This document shows, piece after piece, positions 10,604 through 22,859 of a stretch of DNA of 32,646 nt. The stretch comes from Mitosporidium daphniae (taxonomy: Eukaryota), in NCBI RefSeq assembly GCF_000760515.2, contig NW_013546178.1, positions 62,001 to 94,646 of the forward strand, read 5' to 3'. Position 1 is the stretch's first letter. Every line of letters begins with the position of its first letter. Position numbers and translations under genes: made by a program. The notes under the pieces are model-generated. The model was not told where the DNA came from. It was given only the letters and a program-made list of their open reading frames with translations, and did not search any database.

Positions 10604-11791
10604 ATGCCCACAAAGGTAGTAGTTTTTGGTTCTGGCGATTGTGGGCAGCTGGGGCTTGGCGAGGATATTACGGAGCTGGAGCGGCCTATGGTGGTACCTT
10701 TTTTCGACGACAAAGACATTACCATTGTGAGTGCAGGCGGTCTTCATAATTTGGCCCTATCTTCGTCCGGCACACTTTATTCGTGGGGATGCAATGACGA
10801 AAAAGCCCTCGGTCATGATGAGCCAGAATGGAATATTGGAATCATTGCTCTTCCCCTTATGCCTTCCGAGCGGATCATTCAAATCACTTGTGGAGATTCA
10901 ATATCTGCCGCGGTGACTTCCCAAGGTCGTGTATATTCATGGGGTACGTTTAGAGATTCTCAAGGGGTCCTTGGATTTTCTCCCTCAAATACCCAATTAC
11001 AAGGAACCCCTCATTTGCTTGATACGAATAATATGAAGGTGGTTGACATTTCTGCTGGTGCAAATCATCTCGTTGCCATTGCGGGAGAAGCAAGAGATAC
11101 CCTTATTTCGTGGGGATCTGGCGAGCAGGGACAATTGGGCCGTCGTGTTTTGGCCCGCCATAAAATCAATGGATTACGGCCAGTAAATATTACCCCCAAA
11201 AAAGGCATTCTCTCTCAATATGGGCTCGCTTCTGGATCATATTCGCGAATTGCTTGCGGTTCATATCACTCGCTTGCCATTACATCTTCGCTTATCCTTG
11301 CCTGGGGTTTGAACAATTACGGCCAACTAGGAAACGGGGATTCGTCTGGATCCCAAATGCTTCCATACCCAACTGCCATTCCCAATGGAACCAGCATTGT
11401 TGATGTTTCAGCGGGAGAACATCACTCGTTAGCTTTGCTTTCAGATGGACGTCTCTTTGCATGGGGGCGCGGAGATAGTGGTCAATTAGGCATTTCAAAG
11501 GATTTTACCTCTCCCTCATACAGCCCTATGCAGGTGGCGCCGACTTCTTTTGAAGCTCCCGTTCAAATGATAGCTTCCGGTAGCAATCACAATTTGGCTG
11601 TAGATACAAATCAAAACATATATTCTTGGGGGTTTGGCGCAATGGGCCAGCTTGGTGCGGGCTCCGATGAAGATCGGCATGTTCCAGAGCGTTTGATGCT
11701 TCCAAAATCACTTGCTTCGCTTGCCGGGCTCAAAGTCCGGCAAATCCAAGCCGGTGGCCAACATTCTCTTTTGTTGGTTGAACATCATTAG
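10604..11791 (+). CDS. RCC1: RCC1 / Pim1 / Srm1 Ran GEF (seven-bladed propeller)
   Basis: Repeated RCC1 motifs GSGDCGQLGLG, AGGLHNLAL, YSWGCNDEKALG, YSWGTFRD, WGSGEQGQLGR, WGLNNYGQLG. Confidence 0.9.
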   Translation: MPTKVVVFGSGDCGQLGLGEDITELERPMVVPFFDDKDITIVSAGGLHNLALSSSGTLYSWGCNDEKALGHDEPEWNIGIIALPLMPSERIIQITCGDSISAAVTSQGRVYSWGTFRDSQGVLGFSPSNTQLQGTPHLLDTNNMKVVDISAGANHLVAIAGEARDTLISWGSGEQGQLGRRVLARHKINGLRPVNITPKKGILSQYGLASGSYSRIACGSYHSLAITSSLILAWGLNNYGQLGNGDSSGSQMLPYPTAIPNGTSIVDVSAGEHHSLALLSDGRLFAWGRGDSGQLGISKDFTSPSYSPMQVAPTSFEAPVQMIASGSNHNLAVDTNQNIYSWGFGAMGQLGAGSDEDRHVPERLMLPKSLASLAGLKVRQIQAGGQHSLLLVEHH

Positions 11792-11925
11792 CAGGCTGTC
11801 CACAGCAACGAGCATCATGTGGCCAATTTTTTGTCAATAAATATTAGCGGCTCCCAACTTGAAAGTAGCCGTTGCATCGCTTTGTTTGGTGGTGCAGGTC
11901 ACATTGTATTTGCAACGGAGTTTTA

Positions 11926-13784
11926 TTAATTTAGTTTTGTATTCAAAGTACAGTGCTTCTGGATGGCCAACTAATATGAGCGATCAAGGCTTTTTTCATT
12001 ACCTCAATAAATTTATAGAGCCGTTTGTCCCGATTAACAATCAGGCTGGAGACGTGTCCGCCCTTTCCTGCACGGCCTGTTCGCCCAACACGATGAATGA
12101 AATCAATTGCGTTTCGGGGAAAGTCATATAATATAACATGATTGACCTACGACGTGTGAGCAAAGCTATTGCCATTCCAAACCCTTGGGAAATCTAAACC
12201 ACGGGACCCAACATCAGTGCAGATGAGAACCCTGCTTGAGCCGCTTCGAAAGGCTTCTACTGAGGCATCTCGATCCTATAGCTATGGAAGAGATACAATA
12301 CTTTGGCTGTCATCGATCCTGTTAGGATCGATACTTTCGAGGATAATTCCGAGTTTTTTAAATACTCCGCCAAGGTTTCCACCGATTCAATGGTATTGCA
12401 AAAAACCATCACATGGCTTCCAACGGCTCCTTTCAGTATTTTTGAGCAAATGCCTTCAATTATAAAACAATACGCTTACGAGGCTTTGATGATCCAGCCA
12501 AAGAGACCTTGTAAAACTTTTGCTTAACAACATCGAGAGGCTTGTGAAGCTCCTTTGTATGTATAATCTTTGCGGCTGGTGCTAAATTTTTGATAACGTT
12601 TGAATAAAAAGGTTTGGATATGGAGGCCGTTACAAAGACCAGTGAGGCTAGGTGAGGAAGCAAGCATAAGTGCTTTAGATCGGCAATCCAATCCGTCTCA
12701 ATTGGAGATGGCGCTGCCAAGATATCCGCCTCGTCAATTACTAGATGCCGAAGAAAATCTGTCGTAATTAGCGGATGCACTTTTTTAGAAACCGGCAATT
12801 GAGAAGATGTCAGCGGATTGGTTGTTCCTCGCCAATAGAGCAACTTGTTTCTGACCATCGACGAAAAAGCAGATGGATGCGTAACAAGGATATCTATTCC
12901 AGAGCTAGGCTTCCCAGCATAAGAGGGAACACATTTGATCAAGTCTTTCTAAGCAGGTGAAAACACCAGATAAATACCTTTGTGTATCCAGGAAGAATGA
13001 TTCCGGATCTCAAATGATATTGTTTTGCTAAAAGTTTGACAATAGATATGATTTGAAGCGCTAGCTCTCTTGTTGGAGCAATAATGAGGGATTTAGGGCT
13101 AATTATTGTATCCCTCTTTGAAGGAGTTTCTGTTGATGGGGGGGCTTGATTCTCATCAAGCTTTAGCTTTGCCAATATCGGAATCAGGTAAGCTAAGGTT
13201 TTTCCTGTTCCTGTTTCGGCGGCCAACAGGGTGGAATGGTTGCGAAGAATTGATGGTATCCCCAGTTTTTGAATTTCAGAAAGTCTCAAAAATTTGTAAG
13301 TAGATGCGAGAATATCCAAGAGTGACTTTGGGATTCCTGCTATTTCCTTAAATGGACTGGCAGAATGTGCCATTGGAGGCTGGTTCTTTGCCACACCCTG
13401 AAACGACTCTTCGTGTTTCTTTAATTTGGCTGAAGCGATTGCCCTACCAGTTTTAGGTGTTTGCGAAAAATCGGATTCAGCTACAATCTGGAAGCGACTT
13501 GGGGTTACCAAATGTGCATCCTTGGCAATTGTTTTCCATTTCATTAGTTTCTTCAACTTTCGATTCTTCTGCTTGGACTCTATAAATGCCTTAAATGTAG
13601 AGCCCCCTTTCTTCCTTCCAAACTTGGGAAGATTGCTAGTAAATTTACCTTTCCCCGCCTTATTGAAATGCTTTTGTGATATCGAGCTTTTTGTTGAATA
13701 GAATGAATATTTTGGCGATCGCTTTTCACCTTTAGGCACATATGTAGCGCCTATTGAAATTAATTGAGAAATCCATTTGAGCAT
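11926..13784 (-). CDS. DEAD-box RNA helicase, MRH4/DDX28-like (probably mitochondrial)
   Basis: Five introns: 12949-12977, 12454-12479, 12276-12301, 12147-12182, 11971-12002. Motifs Q (IQKLGIP), AETGTGKTLAY, PTRELA, DEAD, VFCNT, TDVGSRGLD, HRVGRTGRAG. Basic/Ser-rich presequence-like N-terminus. Confidence 0.85.
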
Positions 13785-13927
13785 AAAAAGAAATCTTGGG
13801 GTTAGTATGAAAGTAAGTAGCTTTAAAGATTGTACATTAGGTTTTAATTTTAGAAGCCACTCGATTGGCTTAAATTATTGCTATTGCACATTGAAAATGG
13901 AATTACAGAAAAAACTCTACCGCATAG

Positions 13928-14444
13928 ATGCACCACATTTGGGTTGTGCCAAATAGGGACCTTGATAAATGTTTGCCGCTCATACAGCAAATTGATAGAA
14001 AATGCTTCTCCAAAAAGGACTGTGTAATTAAAATGGACATGAAAGAAATTTTAAAGCCATCTGCGATTCTGATTTGCTCTGCTGTAACCGACCGGATAGT
14101 TGGATATGTCTTGCTGTCCTATACTCGTCAAGAAGCCTGCATGCGAGTATCCAAGGTTTTGACAGACATATATAATTTCCTAATAGATAGCTGTGCATCC
14201 TGAATTCCAAGGGAAAGGATTTGGCTCTCAATTGCTTGGAGAAGCAATAAAACTCGCCAGAGAAAGAAGGATCTCTTCAATTTTATTATACGTGGCTACA
14301 TTTAGAATCGCAGCAATTCAGCTGTATACAAAGCACGGATTTACCAAAGACAAGCTGTTATCAAACTACTATTGTTCATCACCAAGCTCCACCACGCACA
14401 ACGGCGATGCATATGAAATGCGGTTAACCCTTTCCATCGAGTAG
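13928..14444 (+). CDS. GNAT N-acetyltransferase (RimI/Ard1-like)
   Basis: Intron 14156-14186 gives RVSK|IAVHPEFQGKGFGSQLL (acetyl-CoA motif A), then AIQLYTKHGF and NYY...DAYEM. Start codon uncertain. Confidence 0.85.
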
Positions 14445-14598
14445 ATATTTTGGCATACATAACACCGATCTTGTTAAATATTTAAGACCTGCCTGCCACG
14501 GACCATTAAATTGTAAAATTGAATTAGATTTTAATCGCACGCGATTAAGATTTACATGCAAGTTGATATTTAAGACGGCAGTTTTTTGATCTATTGTG

Positions 14599-16229
14599 AT
14601 GATTTTCAAAGCCCCCATCCTCGTCTGTGTGTTGTTCCTCGTGCTATCTGCAATAGACCTGTATTCTTGTGTGCATGTTGTATCTTTAAATGAAGGAAAC
14701 TTTTCGCACGAGCTTGAGGGTAAAACTGCACTTGTCGTGTTCCAAACTAGCTGTAAGTTGCCTTGCATACTAAACATTTTTAGGGTGTGGACATTGCAAT
14801 AAGCTGAAGCCAAAGCTTGAGGAGGCAGCAAAAACAGTCTCCCAACTTGGCTTTAATATTTACTCGGTCAGCTGTGAGGATGATTCGCAACTATGTCAAA
14901 AATTCCAGATTTCCGGATACCCTTCTCTAATCCTATTCCACAACGCAATTCGCGTCAAAGATTATCCAAATAACGCTGCTAGAGAAGTTCCCGAAATTGT
15001 TGAATTTATCAAGAAGGAAAACAGCCCGGCATTCTCGACGATCAATTCTGATGAAGATCTTGCTGCCATGCTTTCAGACAAAACAGCATACTCCGTCATT
15101 GCAATCATTCCTGAAGATCATCCAAAAAAGCTCGAGGCTATTGAAAAAGTTGGAGCCATGGCCAGAGCCAACAGAGACTTGGCCTCGTTTGCCATTACCC
15201 ATCTTTCCAAAAGCGACCATTTGAAGCCATATCCTGAGGCAACCTTTTTAATTATCTCTGAAAATATTACCCATCTGACCAGCGACCTTTTGAAAGACGA
15301 TGTTCTTACGCAGGTTCATCGTTTGAAACTCCCTCTGTATGGAAAGCTTGACGAAGAGACGTATCAGTCGTATTCTGAGGCAAAGCTTCCAATTGGGTTC
15401 TTGTTTGTGACGCCAGAAGAGGCCGAAACATACAAGGAAATGATGACCGATATTGCAAAAAAGTTTTCCGATTTGATCTCTATCGTTTGGTTTGATTCCA
15501 CCATTTATGGAATATATGCCAACACGCTTGGTCTGTCTGGAATGAAATTTCCTTGCTTTGCAATCCATGACATGGAAACCGGATTTAAATTCCCATTTTC
15601 CGAAGACGTTCCGTTGGACTCTGATCATATTTCCAACTTTATTGAGGAAGTTTTTGCCGGAAAAATCTCGCCTTATTACAAATCGGAGCCGATTCCAGCC
15701 CACAATGATTCCGCTCCCGTTCAAAAGCTTGTGTTCAACAGCTTGAGCACGGTGCTTAACTCATCCAAGGCCGTTTTTATCAATTTTTGTGTGCCCAACC
15801 ACGAAGGATGCATTGCCTTTGCCCCAAACTACCTTGAATTGGCCAATTCGTTCAAGGACCAACATGATAAAGTCCTTTTTGTCGAATTTGACTTGAATCA
15901 AAACGACCTACCTCTTGAGATCGAGTCCACCATAGAAAAGATCCCCGCTCTTTATCTGTATTTGCCCGAAACAAAGTCCTTCAGTGAATTTGTCAAATTT
16001 GAGGGCAAGCCTTACAAAACAAAGCTTGCTGAATTTCTCGTGGCCAGTTGCACGTAAGTATTTGTTTTAATTTCGTAGGCATGGACTAAAGTCTGTTGTT
16101 GTTGACTCGGATGACCATATATCGCAAAATTATGAAAGCAATCATGGATATTTTGACCATGATGATGCAGACTCTGGATTTGGAAGCGATTCGATGGACT
16201 TTGAAGAGCCTAGCCATGATGATGTGTAG
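14599..16229 (+). CDS. Protein disulfide isomerase (a-b-b'-a'), copy 1
   Basis: Signal peptide. Intron 14753-14783 splits the Trp codon and restores WCGHC. Intron 16054-16078 adds an acidic tail ending HDDV*. The a' site is degenerate (PNHEGC). Confidence 0.9.
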
Positions 16230-16406
16230 TGCATGCGCAGTTTGGTTCATTAAAAAATTGCAATTGGCGTTTATTAAATTCACCATTTAAATTTTACCGA
16301 AACCCGTTTTGAAGTGCTACCAATTGGTGTGGAGGCATTGTAACTCTTTCCATTGAATTAGTCATATATAGTCCATTAAATTGCCCTTTCATTGTATCGT
16401 CTATTC

Positions 16407-18108
16407 ATGAAATTGGCGATCCCGCTTCTCATATTCTATGCCCAATCGGTGCTAGCAGGAGCAGATGTCCTTTTTAAACAAGAAATGATCACCTCGATCT
16501 CTTCAAAAGGCGAGCTGGACTCGTTTTTGGCAAATAATCCGGTATCTCTGGTTTTGTTTTTTGCTTCTTGTAACAGATTTGCAGCTTTTATTGTTCTAGG
16601 GTGCGGATTTTGCCATCTTGTTCTCTCCGAGCTTTCTATTGCAAAGCAAAAGCTATCTTTGCATCCAGATGGTGCTGTTTCTCAAACCCCCGGGATCGCA
16701 AGCATTCGTTGCGATACTGCGAAAACTCTGTGCGACTCGATGAAGATTGACAACTACCCGAGTCTGCTTGCCTTTATGTTTGTCTTTGCCTATTTTCTAA
16801 CCGTCTAGGAATGGGGCGTATGTAAAAGAGGTCTTTAGTTACGAGCACAAGAGGGTCATTGACTTGCTTCAAAAGTAAGGCGTGCACGTATTTTACGCCA
16901 CTAGATTCGGCGCCAATTCTTTTGTTGAGCTCAGTGAACACTCTGCCATCACTGCGTTCTCATCAAAGGCAACTTCGGTTGTCGGATGCTTTACGGAGGC
17001 TTCGGATCGCAAGGCATTTTCAAAACTTGCCGAAGAATCCACAGATCTTTTCCATTTCGGATTGATATCCAAAGAGCTTTGCCCATCTATCTGCAAGGCA
17101 CCCATGGTGAGGATAACCGACGCTTCCGGATTTCAAGAGGAAATTGAGTGGGACAGTGTCAGGTCCAATTTTACCTCCACTTTACTGGCTCGCTATTTGC
17201 CGCTGATATCGGACTACTCGCCTTTGGACAATGCTCTCCTTCGCCATTTATCCGGCTTGCCGGTCGGGGTGTTCTTCTATTTGCTTCCAGAAGACAGGAA
17301 CATTCTGCAATCTAGAATCGACTCTATGCTTCAAAACTACCGCCATAAAATTACATTTGTCTTTGCCAATTGGATAGAGTCTGAGCATTTGGCAAGGGAA
17401 TTCAAAATCCAAGAGCCAGTTTCGTGTGCCCTGCCCACTTTGTCTGTTGGATTTATCGAAAAGAAAAGATATTATTTATTCCCCGAATGCGGCCTTGCCA
17501 CTTTAACGCCAGAATCGATCACAAGCTTTTTGGATGCGATTTTCGAGCACAAGATAGAACCATACTCTCGGTCGGAAGAAAGATTGCACCCTCAAGGCGA
17601 TCTAAATGAAGATCCCAACGAGGATATGTCTTGCGAACAGGACGATAACTGTATTTCTGTCCTTAATAGGATCACTCATGATACTTTCCAGCATAGCGTC
17701 CTTGATGCCACAAAAAAAGAGCCGGTTCTTGTACAGTTGTATGCGGATTGGTGCATAGAGTGTCAAGATTTTGGAGAGGTTTTCAAATCCATCGCCACAA
17801 AGCTTGATAAAAGGGCCAAGCTCGTTTCGCTGAATGTTGATTTTAACGATCTTCCAAAAGATTCTGGAATCGAGAAACATAAGCGACTTCCTGAGATCTA
17901 TCTGTATCCGAAATCCCCGGCCCATTCATCTTGTCAAGCAAGCCATCGCAACTGCACCGTTTTTATGCCGATTAAATACCAAGGCCCCTTAGAATGCGAG
18001 TCTATTATCGAGTTTTTTGAGAAGAACAAGGAGTATAATACCCTGGCGACATCTGCAGCCCACGCTGCAAGCGGCAGTGAATTTACGGCTACTCATGAAG
18101 AAGTTTGA
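16407..18108 (+). CDS. Protein disulfide isomerase-like, copy 2
   Basis: Signal peptide. Introns 16570-16599 (restores WCGFC), 16778-16808 and 16875-16904. Second site YADWCIEC. Ends HEEV*. Confidence 0.87.
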
Positions 18109-18172
18109 CAATTTTGGTGTACTTTAACGAACAATAAATTTATTAAATTTGCTGGGCAATCGGAGCCTCAGT

Positions 18173-18749
18173 CTAAACTTGACTTTCGCTTGACAAAAAG
18201 TTTAACCCCAATGCCTGCAGGCGTTTGGTCTTCAATGCGTTTCGCCTTTTAAGACGTAGGGATCTTTTCTCAATTTGCTCTTGAGATGGAGTGGTTGGAT
18301 CTGTTGTGTTTTTCTTCTTTTTTGAGACGACAAATCGACGGTTGGCGCCTTTCCACATTTCAGCATGCACCGAGGAGGCTGGTAACACGTGGCATTTGAG
18401 AACCGAAGTGAACATCAGATAATTGTTCATGGTATCTGCCACTATTTCGGCCACATCTGGGTCGTTAAACTCTATAAATGCGTAATGCTTAGATGCGCCC
18501 GTCTAAAAATAACATAAGGCTTTTCAAGCTTACTTTTTTGTTTCGAGAAAGACGAAGGTTTACAATCGTTCCAAATTGAGAAAAATAGGCCTTCATTTGC
18601 TCTTCGTAGAATCCATGTGGGATATGGCCGAGATAAACCACATTGCTCATTTTGATGGGCGCCTCTTTTTTGCTGCCTTTTCTACCCGATACCGGCTGGT
18701 TGTCAGGAGGGGGCGCGGAAACAGGCAGGGAAAGCTCCACGGTGGACAT
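18173..18749 (-). CDS. NOP15: Nucleolar RRM protein Nop15/NIFK
   Basis: [24 protein letters not shown]...[19 protein letters not shown]...[14 protein letters not shown]; intron 18503-18533. Confidence 0.93.
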
Positions 18750-18869
18750 TTGTTAAAATTTTAATTTTAAGCTCAATTTTTTTATTTTAAATTGCCCTTT
18801 TGAACGCTATGATTGGGTGTCTGCCTGATACAATTTCTAAATAGGCAGCGGTATCAATTCTCGATATTT

Positions 18870-20500
18870 ATGGCATCAACGATAACGAAGAAATTTGGCC
18901 AGTTTAGACAGGTTGTCAATCACACATTGCTTATTTCCCAGTGGACCGGAGAGCGTCTGGGCACAGAGCGCAAGACGGAAGCAGCCAACGAGTTCAAAAA
19001 CCTCAGCGCAGAGACCGAATTGAGGAAAGAAGGGCTTGAAAATCTGCATGGCACACTGGTGGTTTTTTTGAAAACATTTGGTTTGCTTGCGTAATTTACT
19101 TGCCCAGAAAAAAAGAGAATCAACCCGTTGGACACGAGGAAGCTACACCCACTTGAAACGCTGGGGATGCACATGACAAAGCAGGGAAGAATCGTCGGCA
19201 TTGAAACGTCTTATGGTTTGCTTTGGCATTAACACATAATCTGATAGGCGGCGCCTTGGTCAAAAGTGGCGAGATTTTGCAAAAGCTAGCGAGCCAAGAG
19301 CTCAAATTTGTAACCCTCGTTAAGTAATGGCCCTAGTACTCGGATGGCAAAAGCTCTCTACTGGAACAACTGGGACAAATGCTATCGTTGATCAAAGAGT
19401 ACCAGGTATTTGTTGGTTCGCTGCAACTAGTGTAGGCTTTGAAGAAAAAACTCTCAAATCGGCGTCTGGACTACGATTCCAAACTCAACAAGCTCAGGCG
19501 GAGCAAAAAGGAAAAGCCGGCACTTCAATTGGAGGTTGATGCTCTGCACTCAAAGTATTTGCAAAGCATTTCGGATTTGGAGGACATTATGCAAAGACTG
19601 AAGGATACAGAGGTGTACATTTTATGCCTTTTTTTAGTTGGACATATCTACCGGCCTGTATTACTTTATGGAAGCTCTGGCGGAGTACTACAAAAGCGGA
19701 AATGCGCTGATGGTCCAAGAAAAGGACACAATCTTTGGTCATTTAGGGTTTGGGGCTGGTTTCCTAATTTTAGCATCGATTTAAACGAAGCGCCTTTGCT
19801 GCATTGCAAGGCTCGTCGCTCAGAAGACGATCTATCATCTTCCATATCGTCGCTTGGGATCAGTAACAATGAAGAGATTCCGCTGTTGAAGAATAGGGGT
19901 CTCGGAGAAGCCGTTGTCAAGGTCAGAGCCAAATACGACTTTATGGCCGAAAGGTCTTCCGGAGAACTAGGCCTAACTGAGGGAGAGATTCTGCACTTGA
20001 CAAGCAAAAACCCGCTTTGTTTGTCTCCAACCACAAGGACCGATGGAGCGGCGAACAGCGGCTGGTGGTCTGGCGTGAACAGTAAAAACGAAACGGGAAT
20101 ATTTCCGTCTGCTTACGTTGAGCTTGTGGGGTCAGAGGCCGATTTATCCGCTTTGCTTCGGACCGGTGAGACCAATTCTACCCAAACCACGTCTCCTTCT
20201 TCTTCGTGTTCTTTGTCTTCAAGCACGCACTTGAACTCTTCATCGACAGGGTTACATGTGGCGCCCATTTCGAAGCCTTTCCCGGTCTCCGGGAGCGCCA
20301 AAACCACCCCGTCCAGCTCCAATGGCAGTCTACATGCTCAAAAGGCGGTCGATGTCGGTGCACACTCGGGGACCTCGCCTATGTCATCCACCATTCCGGC
20401 TTGCTTTGTTTGTGGCTGCAACGAGTTTGCGAAGAATGTATTTAAAACAGATTCCTGCAATAACTGCTTCCATAAGCACAAGCAAAATAAAGTTCAATGA
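18870..20500 (+). CDS. N-BAR + SH3 protein (endophilin-like) with C-terminal Cys/His module
   Basis: KKFGQFRQ|WTGERLG...KTE and KKLSNRRLDYD are BAR motifs. SH3 AKYDF...ELGL...WWSG...GIFPSAYV. Introns 18912-18941, 19081-19107, 19216-19247, 19310-19336, 19406-19435, 19613-19637 and 19748-19773 keep the frame open. Possible upstream start at 18809 via intron 18817-18844. Confidence 0.85.
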
Positions 20501-20542
20501 ATTTATCTAACCCTACCACCTATGCATCGAGGTGTGTACGAG

Positions 20543-20648
20543 CACCACCACCGGCACTACTACCACCATCACTACCACCACCATCACTACCACCACCATC
20601 ACTACCACCACCATCACTACCACCACCATCACTACCACCACCATCACT
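20543..20648. repeat. 15-bp minisatellite (CCACCACCATCACTA), 6 copies plus 1 degenerate
   Basis: ccatcact recurs at 20566, 20581, 20596, 20611, 20626 and 20641, between two convergent stop codons. Confidence 0.95.
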
Positions 20649-20652
20649 GTCT

Positions 20653-22454
20653 TCATGATATTCTTTTATAAAACAAAATGTAGGCATCTGTCGAGTATGC
20701 CTTTGAGGCGTCAATTTTGTAAACTGTAGAGTCACTGCAATAGTACCAAAAGGGACCAGACGCAGTGTTCATTCGCACGTGGGCAACATAATGTCCAGAC
20801 TCCATGGTGGACCCAATGTGGATAACAAGTGCATATAGCTCATATAAAACCTTGGTGTTTGGCAGCATTTCACCGTTGAAAAACGGCGACATGTCCAGTT
20901 GCGGAGGGACAATAACCCTTTCCGCGCTTTTGGCAAAGCGTCCTCGAGAAACGGACGAAAAGCGTTTCAAGTGAAGAACAAGGACTTCCGGGAAGATCTC
21001 AATGCGATACCACTTTTCTGCCTTTCTAAAAGTTGGTAGCTTTTTAGTGCACGAGGAGCTGGGCGCTGCATTAAAGCTTCCATTGCTGCTTCCGAGTTTC
21101 GGGGGTTTGAGCAAGTCGCACGAATCGGTCTGCGAAGAAATAGAAATACTTGAAAGGCTATCTGAAAGTGAGCCAAGATAGGATTCTGCTGCAGCCTCGC
21201 CATCCTCGGATTGGCGCGGCAAACTTTGTGCGCCATCTTCCTTTTCTTCGCTGCTGCCCGTCAAATGGCTATCGGTGCTGCTATTGCTGGCCTTCGGAAT
21301 CGACTCACCCTTTGCCAATCGAGAGCAATGCTCGCAGTCATATAAATAGTTGTCGTTCAGGTGATCCACTTCAAAATATTTCTCCAATAACGCAACAAGA
21401 GAAACTCCAGACGAGAAGCTCGGGAAAAGAGGTGTTTTTTTTGGTGAAGGAACCAGATCAAGACTTATGTCCAAAAAAGGCTCCTTTACTGTCGAAATCT
21501 AGGCAGCGTTTATAAATACGAAGGCATTACATTGTTGCAATGGTGGCAGCGAATCGTGGACGCCGTCAAGCCAGCAAACACGCGGTTCACAATTGTTGGC
21601 GAAATGGCGGCAGCACTTTTTTCCGCCTCTCCGCGCTTCGGAGTGTGCTCAATTAAAACATAGGGGCTCTCCACGGGTTGGGCACATCGGTCTTCCCGCT
21701 GCTCGGATTTTTTTTTCAAAATAATTTTCTCCTCTTCGTCGCCAAGAAACCCCAAAAAAAGGCGCAGAAATTCGTGTGCATCTTGCTGCCGTAGCCGTCT
21801 ATATACAGGCCATTTGAACGCAATCGAGTAAAACAATGCCTTGGGGCACGCCGTTGGGCAAGTTAGAGCGCTTGAGCTTCGCGTCAGAAAAGTTCTAGGC
21901 GAATACGAAAACGATTGGCTTTGCGTAAGCGAGGAAAGGAAAAAATCCTTGCGAATCTCAATGGCGAATGAACGAAACGTGCTCATCAGCGCAAGCAATT
22001 GGATCGACTTTGACAAAAAGGACGAAATCTCGGTGGTTCCATTCAACGAATTGACGCTATGCGGAAACAAGCGACTCACCGGCTCATCGTAATCCAAAAA
22101 GTTTTCCTCCAATTTCTGGAAATCCTCGCAGATGATATTTGAGGCCTCTGAAATCAGGGCCGAGGGCTCGGAATCCCGGAGTTTTGGAGATTTCTCCCCC
22201 AAACTTGAAGGGTCGTATGTGTATAGAACGGAAGGGATCCCGAGCTTCGAAATCAGGGACTCCGTGGCAAGGAGAGCCTGCAGCGTGGAGTTGAAAAAGC
22301 AGGTGTTTCCTAAATTGTACAGCCCGACCGGCTTGAACTCAACACTCGAGATGGAAGGCAAGCAGGAGGCTGGCGGTGCATCCTCATTTTTGCTTTGGGG
22401 GCTCGACCCATTGCCAACAAGCGGATTGGGGGTGATTTGTTTTTTCTTTGGCAT
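20653..22454 (-). CDS. Ubiquitin-specific protease (C19), USP16/45-like
   Basis: Cys box GLYNLGNTCFFNSTLQAL, QQDAHEFLR, LVLHLKRF, His box HIGSTMESGHYVAHV, CSDS and AYILFY. Intron 21499-21530. ATG at 22454 assumed. Confidence 0.92.
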
Positions 22455-22859
22455 GGCAAAGCTGATTAATTCGCCGATCTTACCAATAATGGTGAAAAGA
22501 AAAAAGTGAAAAATCGAAAAAAAAAAGCCTACCAAAGTGGAATTGAGCACTGTGGATGTGTCGATTTAAAAAGCAAAGATGCACTGGTCAAAATGCTGGA
22601 AATGCAACAATGCTTTAATTGCCCCGAATTTAATGATGCAAATGGGTTGTTGGGTATTCAAAACCGTGCAAATCCGGAAAATTTAAAATCGGCACGCTTG
22701 TCAAACTTGTTCAATTGAACGTCCGGCCCGTCGTGACGCTGTTTTCGCCCCGATTTTAATTGGACTAAACTTAAATGGTTGGCTGGATGCATCTCTGATC
22801 ATGTGGTGATCGCCATTGTTGGCATTTTGTTTTTGGTGCCCAATACCATAGACATCATC

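Noticed and set aside
13928..14444. Recent bacterial horizontal transfer of the RimI-like GNAT
   Set aside because: It has a native-type 31-nt intron and no obvious compositional anomaly. The claim cannot be supported without a phylogeny.
20532..20729. Thr-rich plus-strand ORF (TTTTI)n
   Set aside because: It is a by-product of the 15-bp repeat, with a GTG start and antisense overlap with USP.
22630..22800. Box C/D snoRNA in the USP-ATG7 divergent spacer (ATGATGC...CTGA)
   Set aside because: Box C is imperfect, there is no terminal stem and no guide was recognised. The inverted CCGATTTTAA pair is better read as two promoter motifs.
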